A DNA stretch of 64,000 bases from Eledone cirrhosa (Eukaryota). Positions 23,751 to 37,690 of this stretch are shown one piece after another (within the stretch, counting starts at the first letter, position 1; the number at the start of each line of letters is the position of its first letter). The stretch spans positions 62,930,001 to 62,994,000 of the forward strand of contig OZ024741.1 of assembly GCA_964016885.1 (NCBI GenBank), written 5' to 3'. The position numbers and the translations under genes are program-made. Below the pieces are notes generated by a model. The model did not search any database and was not told where the DNA came from. It saw nothing but the letters and a program-made list of their open reading frames with translations.

Positions 23751-24569
23751 TAATTAGAGTCATATGCATTTTTTTATGGAAACAAAAACTATTAATCCTT
23801 CTGGAAAAAGTTGTAGTTAACAGAGTTAATTTCTGTCCTGGTCTCAATTCAGTAATTCATTCATAAATCTATGGGCTTCACAATAATAACATGCAGTATT
23901 CCCGTAACCAATGAGATAAGGTTGACCCATGTGATATATGTCCATGTCTGTATGTGCAGATGATCAATGTTTATAACGTTCTTCTTATATCTCCTATTTT
24001 GACTGTCCAATAAACAGGAGTTTCAATTGAAAATATTCATAGTGTGGAACAAACTTAGTGTTTACATCACAGAAAATGCATCGTATTTTTTTGCATATCT
24101 CAAAATATTAGAAATAAATTCAAAATTGGTGGTTTTTTTTAAAACTGAATTAACGTATAATGAAAAAAGAAATTGTCAATATATAGGGCATGAGGCCTAG
24201 CAAAATATGTTCCACATTATTTTGGCTTCCTTCCATTTAGCCACTTCAAACAAATGTTCCGTAAATGTACCGCCATCCGGTAAACAAACCACTATATTTT
24301 GGTATGTTCCTCCTTCGTTCTTATAACGCATTTTCTTTCTCATCCTCCCACACTCTTCTACTGTCCCTTCTCATTTCTGTTCGTGACATCCATAACCTAA
24401 TATCTGTTTTCTCCAAACCATTGCCTCAACTACCAATCAAATCACGTATTTCGTTTGTAATTACACGAATGGTTTACATTTCAAAACTGTAACAAGACGT
24501 GCCGGAATGTGAAATTAATTTGAGCTAGGGAGGTTTTCGATTCTGTTACACACACACCTACCCACACAT

Positions 24570-24663
<94 letters not shown>

Positions 24664-24677
24664 GCATATATATATAT

Positions 24678-25520
24678 ATAAATGAAGAATTAGAAATAGA
24701 AGTTAGGAATATCAGTCATCAGTGGTCTACTAGCCAACATAGGTATTTCTTCGCATTACAGACAATATACCTCCAGCTAGGGCGATACAATAACTAAAAT
24801 AAGTTATTGGGATAAAAAGAGTTGGGTGGAGAAAGAGAGGTAGGTAAACAAACACGAATCGGGAGGCAACGTAAAGAGAGGAAAAAATAAAAAAATCAAG
24901 TCAATAATTCATTTCGAACATAAGAACGGGCGAATTTTGACGAAAAGTTAAAGACACATCTTAGTCGTACGGATGTGAGCGAGGAAAAGGATCACGTACG
25001 GTGTGGGACAATGGAGGAAGTGAGAAAGAGGGTGAGTAGCAGAGAGTGAGGGAGTGAAAGTGCGAGGAAGAGGCTAGCTGAGAGAGGGTGACTAGCAGAG
25101 GGGGTGAGTGAAAGTAAGAGGGAGAAGGATAGAGAAGGGGAGAGAGAATGAGTATAGCAGTAAGGGAATAGAAAAAAGACAAGTCACAGCGAAGGGGAAA
25201 GCATATATGAATAAAAAATGGCGAGCTGTGTTGTTGCATTTAAGTATAATAAATGAAGAATTAGAAATAGAAGTTAGGAATATCGGTCTTCAGTTGTCTA
25301 CTAGCCATCATAGGTATTTCTTCGCATTACAGACAATATACCTCCAGCTAGGGCGATACAATAACTAAAATAAGTTATTGGGATAAAAAGAGTTGGGTGG
25401 AGAAAGTGAGACATGTAAACATGATGGCTAGTAGACAACTGAAGACCGATATTCCTAACTTCTATTTCTAATTCTTCATTTATTATACTTAATTGCAACA
25501 ACACAGCTCGCCATTTTTTA

Positions 25521-25525
<5 letters not shown>
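24678..25525. repeat. (TA)n-bounded element with a 571-bp-spaced direct duplication and a fold-back arm
   Basis: 24680-24835 ~ 25251-25404 (direct); 25420-25525 is the reverse complement of ~25207-25311. Confidence 0.85.
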
Positions 25526-25563
<38 letters not shown>

Positions 25564-25850
25564 CACTGAATTACTGGTGGTGGTAGCAAATACAGGAAAC
25601 GATGATGTTTCGATTACATGTTGTTAGACCTGCTACGCGTGTTTCACAAAGATTTCGCTCAAGGTCATCTATAGAAGTTATGGACCCGACTCCACTATCG
25701 GGTCCATAAATTCTATGGGTGACTTTGAGCCAATCCTCTGCGAAACGCCTGTAACAGATCGATACACAATAAAAAAAACTAACATGTAAACACAACTTCA
25801 TCGTTTTCTTATATACATATATATATACAAATATATATGTGTGTGTGTAT

Positions 25851-26026
<176 letters not shown>

Positions 26027-27066
26027 GCGTTCGTACATTTAATATTCAGTGTCTATGCCTAATATCAGCAAATTCAATTTGCAACTGAAACAATATGAAT
26101 CTGAAATAAATACAGTATTTAATGATGCAGGAATTTTGTTCTTTTATGCTGTGTAATCACTGTTGTCGCCGACTCGGTTGTGTGTAGAAAGATGTTTACT
26201 TCGCTGCTGATATATATATTTGAAGAATAAGAGGTAAATGAAAATTTGCGTCAATCCACAAGCACTCACGCATATCATCTCTCAAAGCAATTTGATTGAA
26301 GTTATTGATTTCGAAAGGCTAAGAAAAAGAATCTTATTTTATTTCTCTAAATATAATAAAATTTTCCGTTAAATTATAGTTGATCAGCCTTGGAAGGGAG
26401 CTGCGGTCGTAGACATTCTAGCTGTTACCATCTTATCTTATTGGTCAATGATCATTTCTTTAAGACGGTAGCATGGATACTTCTGGGAGATTTGGTTTCT
26501 ATTTCAAGCAAGCTGTGAGTCTGCTTACTTACATGTTATCTCTTTGGTGTCTACTGCATTTTGTTCTCAGGAATTAGAACAACGGTCAATATGGGTGATG
26601 TTACATTGTACCAAATCTCTGACCCTGAGAATGTAAGCAGTTGACATCATCGTTGAGATAAGGAGAGATAAACAGTTGATACCTTTACAATATGTGTTAA
26701 TTGTTTGTTAAAGGGACATGCGACATTCCCACTTTTGTCAGGGACATCAACGACTTACGTGAAGTGAAAAAAAGAAGGGAACTAGATACAACAGGATATC
26801 AAATTTGAGTTACAAACTCGGTTTCCCATTTAGCTTGCACCCACCTTCGTGACCTTCTCTAAAAATTATATATATACGGAGGATAGAGAGCAATATTGTG
26901 TTGTACAGCGTGTCTTAGGCATTTTTAAACCCGGCGAAACTCATCTCCGTTCCAGATCAGATCACAGTTGATTTCTTCCAGAGAGGGAGTGAGGGAAAGA
27001 GTGAGAGGGAGAGACAGCAAAGAGAGGGAGATGGAGAGAGAGAGAGAGTGAGAGAGAGAGAGAGAG

Positions 27067-27142
<76 letters not shown>

Positions 27143-27589
27143 GGGAGTTAAAGCAATAGAGAGAAAGTAAGGATGCGATTTAATGGAAAAGTCTACTCCA
27201 GTATTAAACAGGTAAGTTTTTTTAATCGATTTCGAACGGATGTATGCCAAAATTACTTGAGGTAGGTTTTGAACTTAGGCTGCATTGAGCCGGAAAGAAC
27301 AATGCAAAGCATCCTATCCGACATCCTAACGTTTCGACTAATTCCCAGCCTTTCTATTAAATAAAACAACGAAATAGCGATATTGCAAGTTCTTTTAATA
27401 CATTTTAAAATTAATTTCTGTATAAACAAATGAAAGAAAAATCATTAGAAGATTAAATATCCGTAAAATGTTTGGAAATTATACAACTTTTTCCTATTGA
27501 CTTAAAAGTTCCCATCACGCAGAAGCTTACATACTTGCATCTATTTCATTTGATTGGTGCTTATTCAAAGGGATGTGTCGTATTGGTTA

Positions 27590-27850
27590 GCTTCATGAGT
27601 TCGATTCTAAGTGCACATCGTCTCCTTGGGCAAAACAGTTTATTTCACGTTTCTCCCGTCTATTTAGTTGTAAAAAATGAGTTCTGCTTTCAATTCAAAG
27701 AACCAGCTTGTATGATTCTGAATCTTCCTAGGAACTACGTTATAGGCAAATGTGCCTTTAGAATGCATAGCCACTTGTACGTTAATTTACCAGGCTCGTA
27801 AATTAATCGATCCAATACTCTGGAACTCTCGTGATCGAAACTGATGGAGG
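27590..27850 (+). mobile_element. Degenerate CORE-type SINE
   Basis: gagttcgattc..ccttgggcaaaacagtttatttcacgtttctcc; similar to 12325-12620. Confidence 0.6.
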
Positions 27851-27884
27851 TACAACACACTTTGTTGACAGACTAAGTAATAAC

Positions 27885-28069
27885 TGTTTCTATGTTTGGT
27901 ACAAGGCCATCAATGATCCCAGTACATTACTGGTACTTTATTTTATCGACCTAGTAAGGATGAAAGGCAAAGTTAACCGTGGCAGGATTTGAACTCTGAG
28001 CGTAAAGGGACGTAACTCTATGTTGCAAAGCATGGCGTCCGACTCTCTACTGATACTGCCAATCCACCG
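27885..28069 (-). mobile_element. Full-length SINE (ATT-tailed family)
   Basis: tRNA-like head on -; imperfect TSD ctaa(g/t)taataac. Confidence 0.85.
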
Positions 28070-31000
28070 CTAATTAATAACAATTTGGCGGGCGAGCATT
28101 GGATAGAAATATTTGCGCCATTTTATCACCTCTCTTTTCAAAGCCCACTGTCACCGCTTGTCATTGTGAATGAATCGATAAATAAATATTAGCCTGCGAA
28201 GGTGGAATTGTTAGAACGTCTCTCTATATCTTTAGTCTCTCTATATCAGTAGTAAGGTAGTTCTGGCATCGAATCTAGTGTAGATAAGAGACTGCATATG
28301 AAACTTCACAATCACTAATGAGCCGTGGCGTCTTAAGTGTCTTATGCTTCTAATGCGTGCGACAAGACATTACGAGTTGATGCTATTTCAATTACCAACA
28401 AACAACGTTGCCTTCAATTACATCGTGATATTTAAGATAAAGAGACATTCAAGTACGGAGAATAGAATCAATTGACTATACATCTCTCCAGACATATGTG
28501 ACTGTATGTCAATGATAGAAATCAATATTTCCTGTTTGTTTATTGTAAAACAGTTCGATTTTTCAAAGGTTAAATACGGTAAATACATTACCGTGCTGAC
28601 GCTAAACTTCGCATATATCAACGCTCATAATATCCCTTTAAGAGATTTTCTGGAAAACGATGTTTTTCATATTACAAAACATTATTTTGATTTACAGACG
28701 AATGTGACATATAAATATATTTTCAATGCCATAAAGGTTTAATGCTAAGTTCACCACGGCAGATACATTTAAGAAAATACATTTAAGAAAAATAATCAGT
28801 TGAATACAAAGTGTTTAGTCAAGCCAGTTAGAGAGCTTATAACATCAGGCCCAATAGAAATAACAGCGAAATCTTCCTCAAGTTACAACTTACTGACTGA
28901 AAAATGGAAGAGAGTCCTTATGTCATGTAGTCCTAAATAATTCCCCCATAACAGACAGTCATAACTGGGATGTTTTTCAGCATACATAAGCTGCCTCATG
29001 AGTGGCCTGTAGCTAAATAAACACAACTAAAACTTGAAGCAAACGAAGCAGAAGAGAGGGTATGAGAGGTATTATCAATAGTAGCAAGAGATACGAAGGG
29101 TGGTGGGATAGAGACAGGAAACGTGGTATTATTAGCTGCATGCCTAGACAATGCAAGCACTTTATAAAGTTGTGAAAAAACACGTTCTCAATTCCCCATA
29201 CATACACATATATTCAACTACACGCACAGAAACACATATATCTAGAAACTCGCCTGATACGTAAAAAAACATTGAAAGTACGTTTACGTTTTAGTTTTTA
29301 ATTATTTATGTTTTTATTCTTTCTTGCAAATACTTTATAATTCGGCAGGGAACAAAAATGTCCCAAACTCCTCCTGCTATCAACATTTCAATCTATTCAA
29401 AACCTTATCTTCATAATGTGTTTGACACAGTCGCAAGCATTGTGTCCATAAATCTAGGATGCATCATGCTTATCTTATGTTATATCAGGTTTGTTAGTTA
29501 TGACTGTCCACATTAGAATTCTCTTGGTATTTGTCTGTAAAGGGAATATATAAGTAGATATTTGTTTTATATGAACAGTATTACTTTTCTTACATTCAAT
29601 TTAGCTACATCTTGAAGGTGAAGTCTTTATTATTATGAAATTGCAATTTGAGTGTGGAATCAGTGACCTCTATATTTCTTCAGTTTGGTCAATGGCTTAA
29701 GAGAGTAATTTGGTTGAGAAACTATGCGGAAGCTCGTTGTCTGTCTGTATGTATGTATGTATGTATGTATGTATGTATGTATGTATGTATGTATGTATGT
29801 ATGTATGTATGTATGTATGCATGTATGTGTGTATATATGTATATGTCTATATATGTAAATATATATGTATGCATGTGTGTATGTATATATGTATGTATGA
29901 ATATATGTATGTACGTAAATATGAATGCGTGTATGCATGCATGTATGAATGTATGACTGGTTGTTTGTCAGCTTATAGATCAAATAACTAGAGGAATGGA
30001 AAAAGCAGGAGCAGCACGATTTTCCGATCACCAGCACGCTTGAACCCCTCATTGAAGTAGTGTGTGCTGTCTTGGAGCTGAAACTTGGTTTAGTTATACG
30101 TGAGAGCCCAGGAGAAGATATAACATCTTTCAAAAGAAAAGAGAAGGCAGCGCACAAAGCTAATATATTCAATAAACATTAGATGACCATTTAATTTATA
30201 CATGCTGCTTTAATTATCTAAATTGTCCCCATAACGTAAATGCTAGGTTTTAATAATAAAATAAAGGCACTACATTGGCGGTTACATAACAACAATGGAG
30301 AATATTTACGTATTGATATTTAAAAAAGTTTTATATATTTTAACAGTTCCGCTAAGAGATTATATTTGCATCTTCATATGTCCACTTAGACATTAAGTAA
30401 CATAGTCAAGTTGAAAAATAGCTATAGGCAGAAGTTTGAATCTATAATCTTAGTAGAGACATTGTGATTCCTAAATAGTTTTTTTCATTTACTGACTTTG
30501 ATAGAATTGTTCACATCTGTTCATAGCTGACCTCTATAATTGTACATATATTTATTTCTTTTTGTCACCAGAATTATCTCAGGTTCGTTATGATTGAAAT
30601 TGGCGGAAGTTTAAATGGAGACGTTTCACCAATATTGCTTGAGGTATGGAAACCTATGTATGTACACAATAGCAGAAGTATTTTTGTGTATGTGAGAATA
30701 TGTGTGTGTGTATATGAGAATATGTGAATGTGAGTATGTGTATTTTTCGGTGAGAGCATGGACAGGAAAACTGATAAATAACTTCAATTTGCACAGATGA
30801 TCCCCTGCCATCACTGCGTTAGTAAATAACTAATAACTCGTTTAAAATATATAAAGAACTGCAATTTTTCAGAATATATGATAAATAGAACGAGGTCTCA
30901 AATCAAATCATGTTTCAAACAGGTATAACACAGGGAAAAGTAGAAACGATTATTATTTCGTAACTGACGTAGGAATGATTGCACTGATACCATTTAACTA

Positions 31001-31279
31001 TGAATCCTGAAATGTTCACATGTAGGTCGTATTTGTTCTTGTTATTGGCTAGTCTTAGACTTAATATGATAGTACTATGGTCAAATGACTTCTAGCGTTG
31101 TACACTTTTCATTTTATAGACATAGTATAGCTAGGATTACATAATTAATTGTGTCTTTCTGCTATGAAGATGGTTAGATGATATTTCAAGAAAATTTCAT
31201 AGTCATATATGAAACCTGGGTCAGCAGCCGCGTAGGAAATTCTCACTATTTTATGTATAAGTGGCAAATAGAAAGAGTT

Positions 31280-31415
31280 GTTTGAATGACGGATAGAATG
31301 CTTTGCGATATTCATTCCGGTTCTCTCTGCATTCTTTGAGTTCAAATACCGAAGAAGTCAACTTTGCCTTTTCTCCGTTCAAGGTCGATAAAAAAGTACC
31401 AGTCCTGTACTAGCG
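31280..31415 (+). mobile_element. Degenerate SINE
   Basis: gagttcaaataccg..aactttgcctttt..ggtcgataaaaaagtaccagt. Confidence 0.55.
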
Positions 31416-31479
31416 TCGATTCTTCATCTATGTCTTTCACATTTTCTCTCTCTCACTCACTCTTTGCTTCTCTGAAGGA

Positions 31480-32090
31480 AATCGGTTGTGTTCAGACCTG
31501 AAAACTGGATGGGCTCCGATAGGTTTAAAGTGCCTAAGAGATACTAAATGTCCTGATCAAAGTTTTTCTCATAAGAGAAAAACCAAAGTATTCCAGGCTA
31601 TTCTTGCTTCAACTACCACGGATCAGATGGATATCTTTTGTTTTTGTAGACATGAATTGGACTCTCTGCATCACACATGTCTTATTTTGAAGGTCCTCAT
31701 GCACAATTCACAATTCTTCCAATAGTTTGCCTTGAAACCTTGAGCTCATCGGCAATTGTGCTAATTGGTTTTCTGGTGAACTTATCGATAGGTTTTTGTA
31801 CCGCTTCTACAAATTCAGGTGTTCTGATGGATTTTGGACACTTAGCAAGCGTTTTGCATTTGGTTAGTGCTGTAGATCGCCATCAACGTCTTACACTTCT
31901 TTGGGAAGTTTGACAAGAAATCACTATAATCTGCCTTTAGGGTAAATATTAGAGCGTTTCATTTTCTGTGACTACCATCAGTTATCTGAAACGAAATGAT
32001 AACCAGAACAAGTTAGAAAAATGTTAGTGCCATTAAAAGATGTGTCCTCAAAGACGGATCAAACCTGTACATTATTTTCCGTTTAAATTG
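31480..32090 (-). pseudogene. Tc1/mariner-superfamily transposase remnant
   Basis: Minus strand reads CPKSIRTPEFVEAVQK..ISTIADELKVSRQTIGRIV (HTH-like) and SYEKNFDQD (SDEK motif-like). Confidence 0.6.
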
Positions 32091-32429
32091 CAAGAATATT
32101 GTCCTAATTTAATTTCATGAAATGCTGAAATAAATTGTGAAAGTTATTTTTACATTAAATATATTTAAAGAAAGTTCACATATATATATATAGGTGTGTG
32201 TGTGTGTGACATCGAATAAAATGCCACTTAATAGCGAAGAATAGAAGCAGAAAATGATTGAGCCGAATGAAAATGATATATTTGGAGAGCTATGATAAAT
32301 TGATATACATTTTACTTTGAATACACATTGAAATAAAAATATTCATCAGCCTGATATTCCAATATAGCTGCTCTGAAAACAATGCAATGAAATATGTGCT
32401 ATTTGATATGGTTTCGTTAAACAAATAAT

Positions 32430-32614
32430 TGTATCTACTTTTGGCACAAAGCCAGCAATTACCCAGTGTATTACTGGTACTTTATTTTATCGACTCTATA
32501 AGGATGAAAGGCAAAGTTAACCACGGCGGGATTTGAACTCAGAATGGCAAAGGCCGTAACTCTATGCGTCAAAGCATGGCGTCCGACCCTCTACCGATAC
32601 TGCCAATCCACGCA
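32430..32614 (-). mobile_element. Full-length SINE (ATT-tailed family) flanked by a ~100-bp direct duplication
   Basis: 32327-32429 is repeated at 32615-32711. Confidence 0.9.
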
Positions 32615-33749
32615 ATTGAAATAAAAATATTCATCAGCCTGATATTCCAATATAGCTGCTATGAAAACAATGCAATGACATATGTGCTATTTGATATGTT
32701 AAACTAATAATGCAAAGCTACATTAAGGGTACACTATATTTAATTCTTACAAGTAAGATATTTAATCGCAGCAGTTACAAATTGTATTTTAGGTTCACAG
32801 TATGACTGTGATTGTCCAACTTTATTCCTTTCCACTACTACAAATACAACTGTTAGAGTGACATTCCACTGTCTCCACATAATACTTATTCATTTAAATT
32901 CTAGTAACGTGCCCTTACATTGTTCTATTACGGCAAACACATTATTTTTATATTTCGAATATATATTTAGTATCGGTTCGTTGACACGTAAATTACTCCA
33001 CTTGCATGAATAACAACTTGAAGACCATAGCAAATAATATGTTCTTGTGCTGTTTAAAATGGTGTTTTACACATGAGTTTGTATATATGCATATATTTGA
33101 AACTGTTGATAACTGAACACAGAATTGCTAAAGTGATAAAAACAATAGTGTTCGAAAATCAGGTAAAATACCCATAGAGACAGAAATTAATTGGGAACAA
33201 GCCACTACAGAGAATTCTATATCTCTTTAATACCGGCCAACTACGTTACCTTTACGCCAAATGACCGCTGACAACAGTTTCTTTCCGAATAAGGAACTAT
33301 ATTTGATACATTCAGCGGTTAGAGCCGAGCGTAAACAAATCTTAGGATTTATTGAGGTGCTTGAATGATTTGAATTTTGAAAATGTTGATATACAAAGTT
33401 GCTACTATCATAATGGTAATGAAAATAGCGTTAGTAAATTGCGAGATTTGTTTACTCTACATACAGTCCCCTTTCCAAATCTTTAGATGGTAATACTAAA
33501 ACAAGAAACATGGATTATACATTTGTAATTAGTGTCCAATAATAAAATAGAAAACTTTAATAGTAATATTGCGCAATCCTTTTTTCTTTGTTCAATCAAA
33601 TGTTTACACAGACACACACACAGACATACACAAACACATACACGCACAAACTCTTAAACACAAACCCATAGGCAAACACTTGTGGAATACGCAACTGCGC
33701 TCAGACTCCAAAATCGTTCATTAATTATACAATATTTCAGGATTTCATT

Positions 33750-34630
33750 GTGAAAGTGTCACCTAGCTAATTCAAACATAACACATGAAAGCACATAACT
33801 AAGGGATTGTTAAAAGAGTCACATTTCCTATGAAAGTTATGTTGAACATACTAATTCCTCTTTAATTCTTGAAATACATTTCTTCTTGAAGGAAATTTTG
33901 AAGGAGTTTCTAGATAGAAAGTCATTTTAAAATTTGCTTAAATCCTCTGTTTCCGGAGTAAATTCATATAGTATAGGAACTGTTCAAAGAGTCATTTAAC
34001 TTCTTTGGTGTGTACTGTATAAGCTCTTATAATAGACTATCAAACTTTATGGTGGGTTGACATTCTCCTAAGTGATTGTTCTTCCATGTGTAGTAAGGGG
34101 AAAACCGATGGAACAGCAATTTTCTTGCATATGGATCATGCTGATACAACTTGAAAAAGGCTATAAGCGTTGTGTGAATTTGCTGTTGTGCGTACCTACA
34201 TGATTTCTTATAGTGCAGATACATCGTTTGCCATTCTCCAAATAGAAAGCAAATTATTCAATATCTTTAATGAATTAGATTATATAAATTTCAAAAGAAA
34301 CATGATTATTGTTGCTGTATTGTCCCTACAGAAAAGTGAGTAATTTCACCTGATTTATGGCAGTTTGTAGCGTGCGACACCTCGTTGATATATTTATAAA
34401 CATATTGATGTTTGCATTACATGTTTGGTTAATAATAGGCAGTAAAGAGCTATCAATCTGTGGCTAATTTCATGATGTCTAATCAAAGTTTAGACGTCTC
34501 TATACTGCGGTGTGCATTTGTAAGATATATACGCAACTTCACCTGTTTGGGTCTTCGTGACCAAAAGTGGTCTTTGATTTAATGCCATGGTAACCCTTTG
34601 TGTGTGAGAAGTAAAACCTAACACAATCCA
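33750..34630 (-). pseudogene. Helitron RepHel remnant
   Basis: FYLENGKR, HTTLIAFFKLYQHDPYARKLLF..YYTW, RAYTVH and KYINE resemble Helitron Rep-helicase linker motifs (HLENGQRVYF, TTLTAFF..ARTLLY..YYTW). Confidence 0.6.
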
Positions 34631-35151
34631 CTTTGAGTGTGTATGTATATATGTTTGTATATTTGATTTAAAATCGAATGGAAATTCAGATATACAGCGA
34701 TTAGATATTGAAGATGTAAATAGATTAAGTATTAAATATTAATTACATATCAAATTTTATTTATTTAACTTTTATTTTACAGAAATGCCAGGAATAAACA
34801 TGTTTCCCATACCTCACCTAAGGAATGAACAATATTGAAATTCCTTGCATCGAGATAACGATTCTAATGCGAACAAACACGCAAAAAAATAAATGCATAC
34901 CAATGTATATATACATATAAAGGATATGTGGCTGGGCCTCACAGCGATTGTAGGGTACTATAGTTCTCCTGCGCAATTGTGTATGACATTATTGTATGCA
35001 CTATATTTTCACTAAGAGTTTTAGATATTCATGTAATTATGTTAAGATACCGACAGCCTCTTGAGCCTCCCTGTTCCAACGATACTGCCAAATATCCAGG
35101 ATGTGAGAGTTGACATCAAAGAAGGCTATACTGTCACTAGGATATTATTTT

Positions 35152-35327
35152 GGCAGTATCAGTAGAGGGTCGAACGCCATGCTTTGCAGCATAGAGTTAC
35201 GACCCTTTATGATCTAAGTTCAAATCCCGCCGAGGTTAACTTTGCCTTTCATCCTTATCGGGTCGATAAAATAAGGTACCAGTAATACACTGGGGTAAAT
35301 GCTGGCCGTGTGCCAAAAGTAGAAACA
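35152..35327 (+). mobile_element. Near-full-length SINE (ATT-tailed family)
   Basis: ggcagtatcagtagag (A box), gttcaaatcc (B box); TSD attatttt at 35144-35151 and 35328-35335. Confidence 0.85.
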
Positions 35328-35880
35328 ATTATTTTATTTATCGATTTCAAAATAATGAGAGTTGAAGTGGATTTCGACAGAATTCGAACTCAAAATACAA
35401 AATCCTCGACTAAATATCCGACATACTTACGACACTGTCAAATCGAAAGTCTTAACGTTTCGGCACAGGCACGCACAAAAATGAGCAAAATGCATATCGG
35501 TTCAAGAATTCGCGTTGTTTTCTCGAGAAACTAATGATATTTTGTTGATCTAAGAACTTTCAAATAATTCTAATTATACCTGTATCCGTTTTGAAACGAA
35601 GTATGAATTTTATCAATTTTTTTTGTAAAACGTTTACTTATTTGAACCGTTTTTGAAAACTTTAAAAAATCTCATGTAGATTATAGTATTACTAACATAG
35701 TTAATAAATTCCATTGATGTGAAAATTTTAAAATAGCATATCTGCAAATATGCAGGATTACATAAGGAAATTGAAATTAAATGAAATAGTAACAAAATAA
35801 TTACTGAAAAATAAGAAAAATGTTTCATTTAAATATTTAATTTATTAAGATAAGAGAATGGAAAATTCCCGCAAGGCTTC

Positions 35881-36101
35881 ACTTCCAGGCGGGCGCACAC
35901 ATGCACACAAGTACACACACACGCGCACGTACACACACACACTCACACACACACACACACTCATATACATATATATATATATTCCGACGGAATTACTTCA
36001 TTTATATATATATATATAAATATATGAGTGTGTGTGTGAGTGTGTGTGTGTACGTGCGCGTGTGTGTGTACTTGTGTGCATGTGTGCGCCCGCCAGGAAG
36101 T
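35881..36101. repeat. Fold-back inverted repeat (~85-bp arms)
   Basis: acttccaggcgggcgcacacatgcac...ctcatata versus tatatgag...gtgcgcccgccaggaagt; the adjacent 36099-36168 is duplicated at 36770-36839. Confidence 0.9.
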
Positions 36102-36857
36102 TGATTATGCTAATTGGGAGAGGAAATGGTATATATTTTATCTGGTGATTCTATAGACATGTTTTATGATATATAGCTCTGATTATTTAATTTATTAACT
36201 TTTCATTGAGCCACAATGTAACCCGTTGCAAAACACGTATATGTATGTATGTATATATATATATATATATATGTAAACCTTTATATGTAATAATCTCCCA
36301 TTAGGTTGAGATACAAATTTGGCTGTATTGTGCTGTGCTTTCTAGCCACCAGCCGTAAGCAACTACCACACCCCTTCCAACCTGACCGCTCCTACGTCAC
36401 GATTCTTAGCCATTTTGAATGTATTCTCGGCGCGATCACTTTGGAAAATTTAATGTCTAGATTAGAGCAAACTCCTGAAGAGTCCGATGCTCGAATTTCC
36501 GAATATATTGGAAATCTCAAAATGCGGACGAAACCATGGTAGAGGTAAATAAATGTATTCTCTTTTCTCCTAGTTTATTTTACACCTAATTCTGTTTAAT
36601 TAACTGTATATCTGGGCGATTACGCTGTCGAAATATTCGATAAATATTCCGTCGCAGCCGACGCGAAAGGCTAGTTTCGGTTATTTGTTGGGGATTTCTT
36701 CATAGAAGCCTTATTCTTATAGCCTGGTCTATTCGATTTTTATAGCCTGGCCTATTCGATTTTTTATATAGTTGATTATGCTAATTGGGAGAGGAAATGG
36801 TATATATTTTATCTGGTGATTCTATAGACATGTTTTATGTTATATATATATATATTG

Positions 36858-37200
36858 TGAAGGCGCATGGCTTAGTGGTTAGAGCATTGGGCTTGCAATC
36901 GAAAGGTTGTGTGTTCAATTCTCGGACCGGGTGATGTGTTGTTTCCTTGAGCAAGACACTTTATTTCACGTTGCTCCAGTTTACTCAGCTGTAGAAATGA
37001 GTTGCGACGTCACTGGTGCCAAGCTGTATCGGCCATTGCCTTTCCCTTGGACCTCATTAGTGGCCTGGAGAGGGGAGACTGGTATGCATGGGCGACTATT
37101 GGTCTTCCACAAACAATCTTGCCTGGACTTGTGCCTCGAAGGAAAACTTTCTAGGTGCAAATCCCATGGTCATTCGTGACCGAGGGGGTTCTTTACCCTT
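36858..37200 (+). mobile_element. tRNA-derived CORE-type SINE
   Basis: tggcttagtggttagagc (A box), gttcaattc (B box), ccttgagcaagacactttatttcacgttgctccagtttactcagctgtagaaatgag. Confidence 0.8.
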
Positions 37201-37382
37201 TTTCTATATATACAAAATTGCAAGTTTGAAGAACTATTAGATAAAATATACTCAATATTTTTTCACCCTAGTCCGTAGAAATCAACTAGATAAATAATCA
37301 AGTAAACGGAGCTATGAGTTAAAAATGTAACTTTGAATAAATAATAGACAAATGATACAGAATATTCTCCGCGTGGAACAGT

Positions 37383-37427
<45 letters not shown>

Positions 37428-37428
<1 letters not shown>

Positions 37429-37622
37429 GTTATTCCGGGTTGAATCGGAGGTAACCACAGTAAGTAAGGTACTCAATACATAGCAGAGTATAACAGTTTT
37501 AATATAGATGAGATTCTACAGGACTAGAACTGTTTCATTCATTAGAAATCATCAGGAATCCATTCCTGATGATTTCTAATGAATGAAACAGTTCTAGTCC
37601 TGTAGAATCTCATCTATATTAA

Positions 37623-37626
<4 letters not shown>
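37428..37626. mobile_element. (TA)n-bounded fold-back with two inverted hammerheads (family C)
   Basis: 65-bp arms 37495-37559 and 37562-37626; attc-CTGATGA-t-ttc-taat-gaa-t-GAAACAG-ttctagtc-CTGTA-gaat at 37562-37608. Confidence 0.85.

Positions 37627-37689
<63 letters not shown>

Positions 37690-37690
<1 letters not shown>

Noticed and set aside
36140-36180. Possible hammerhead at ctggtga (also ~36813)
   Set aside because: A6 is changed, there is no GAAA and no convincing stems.
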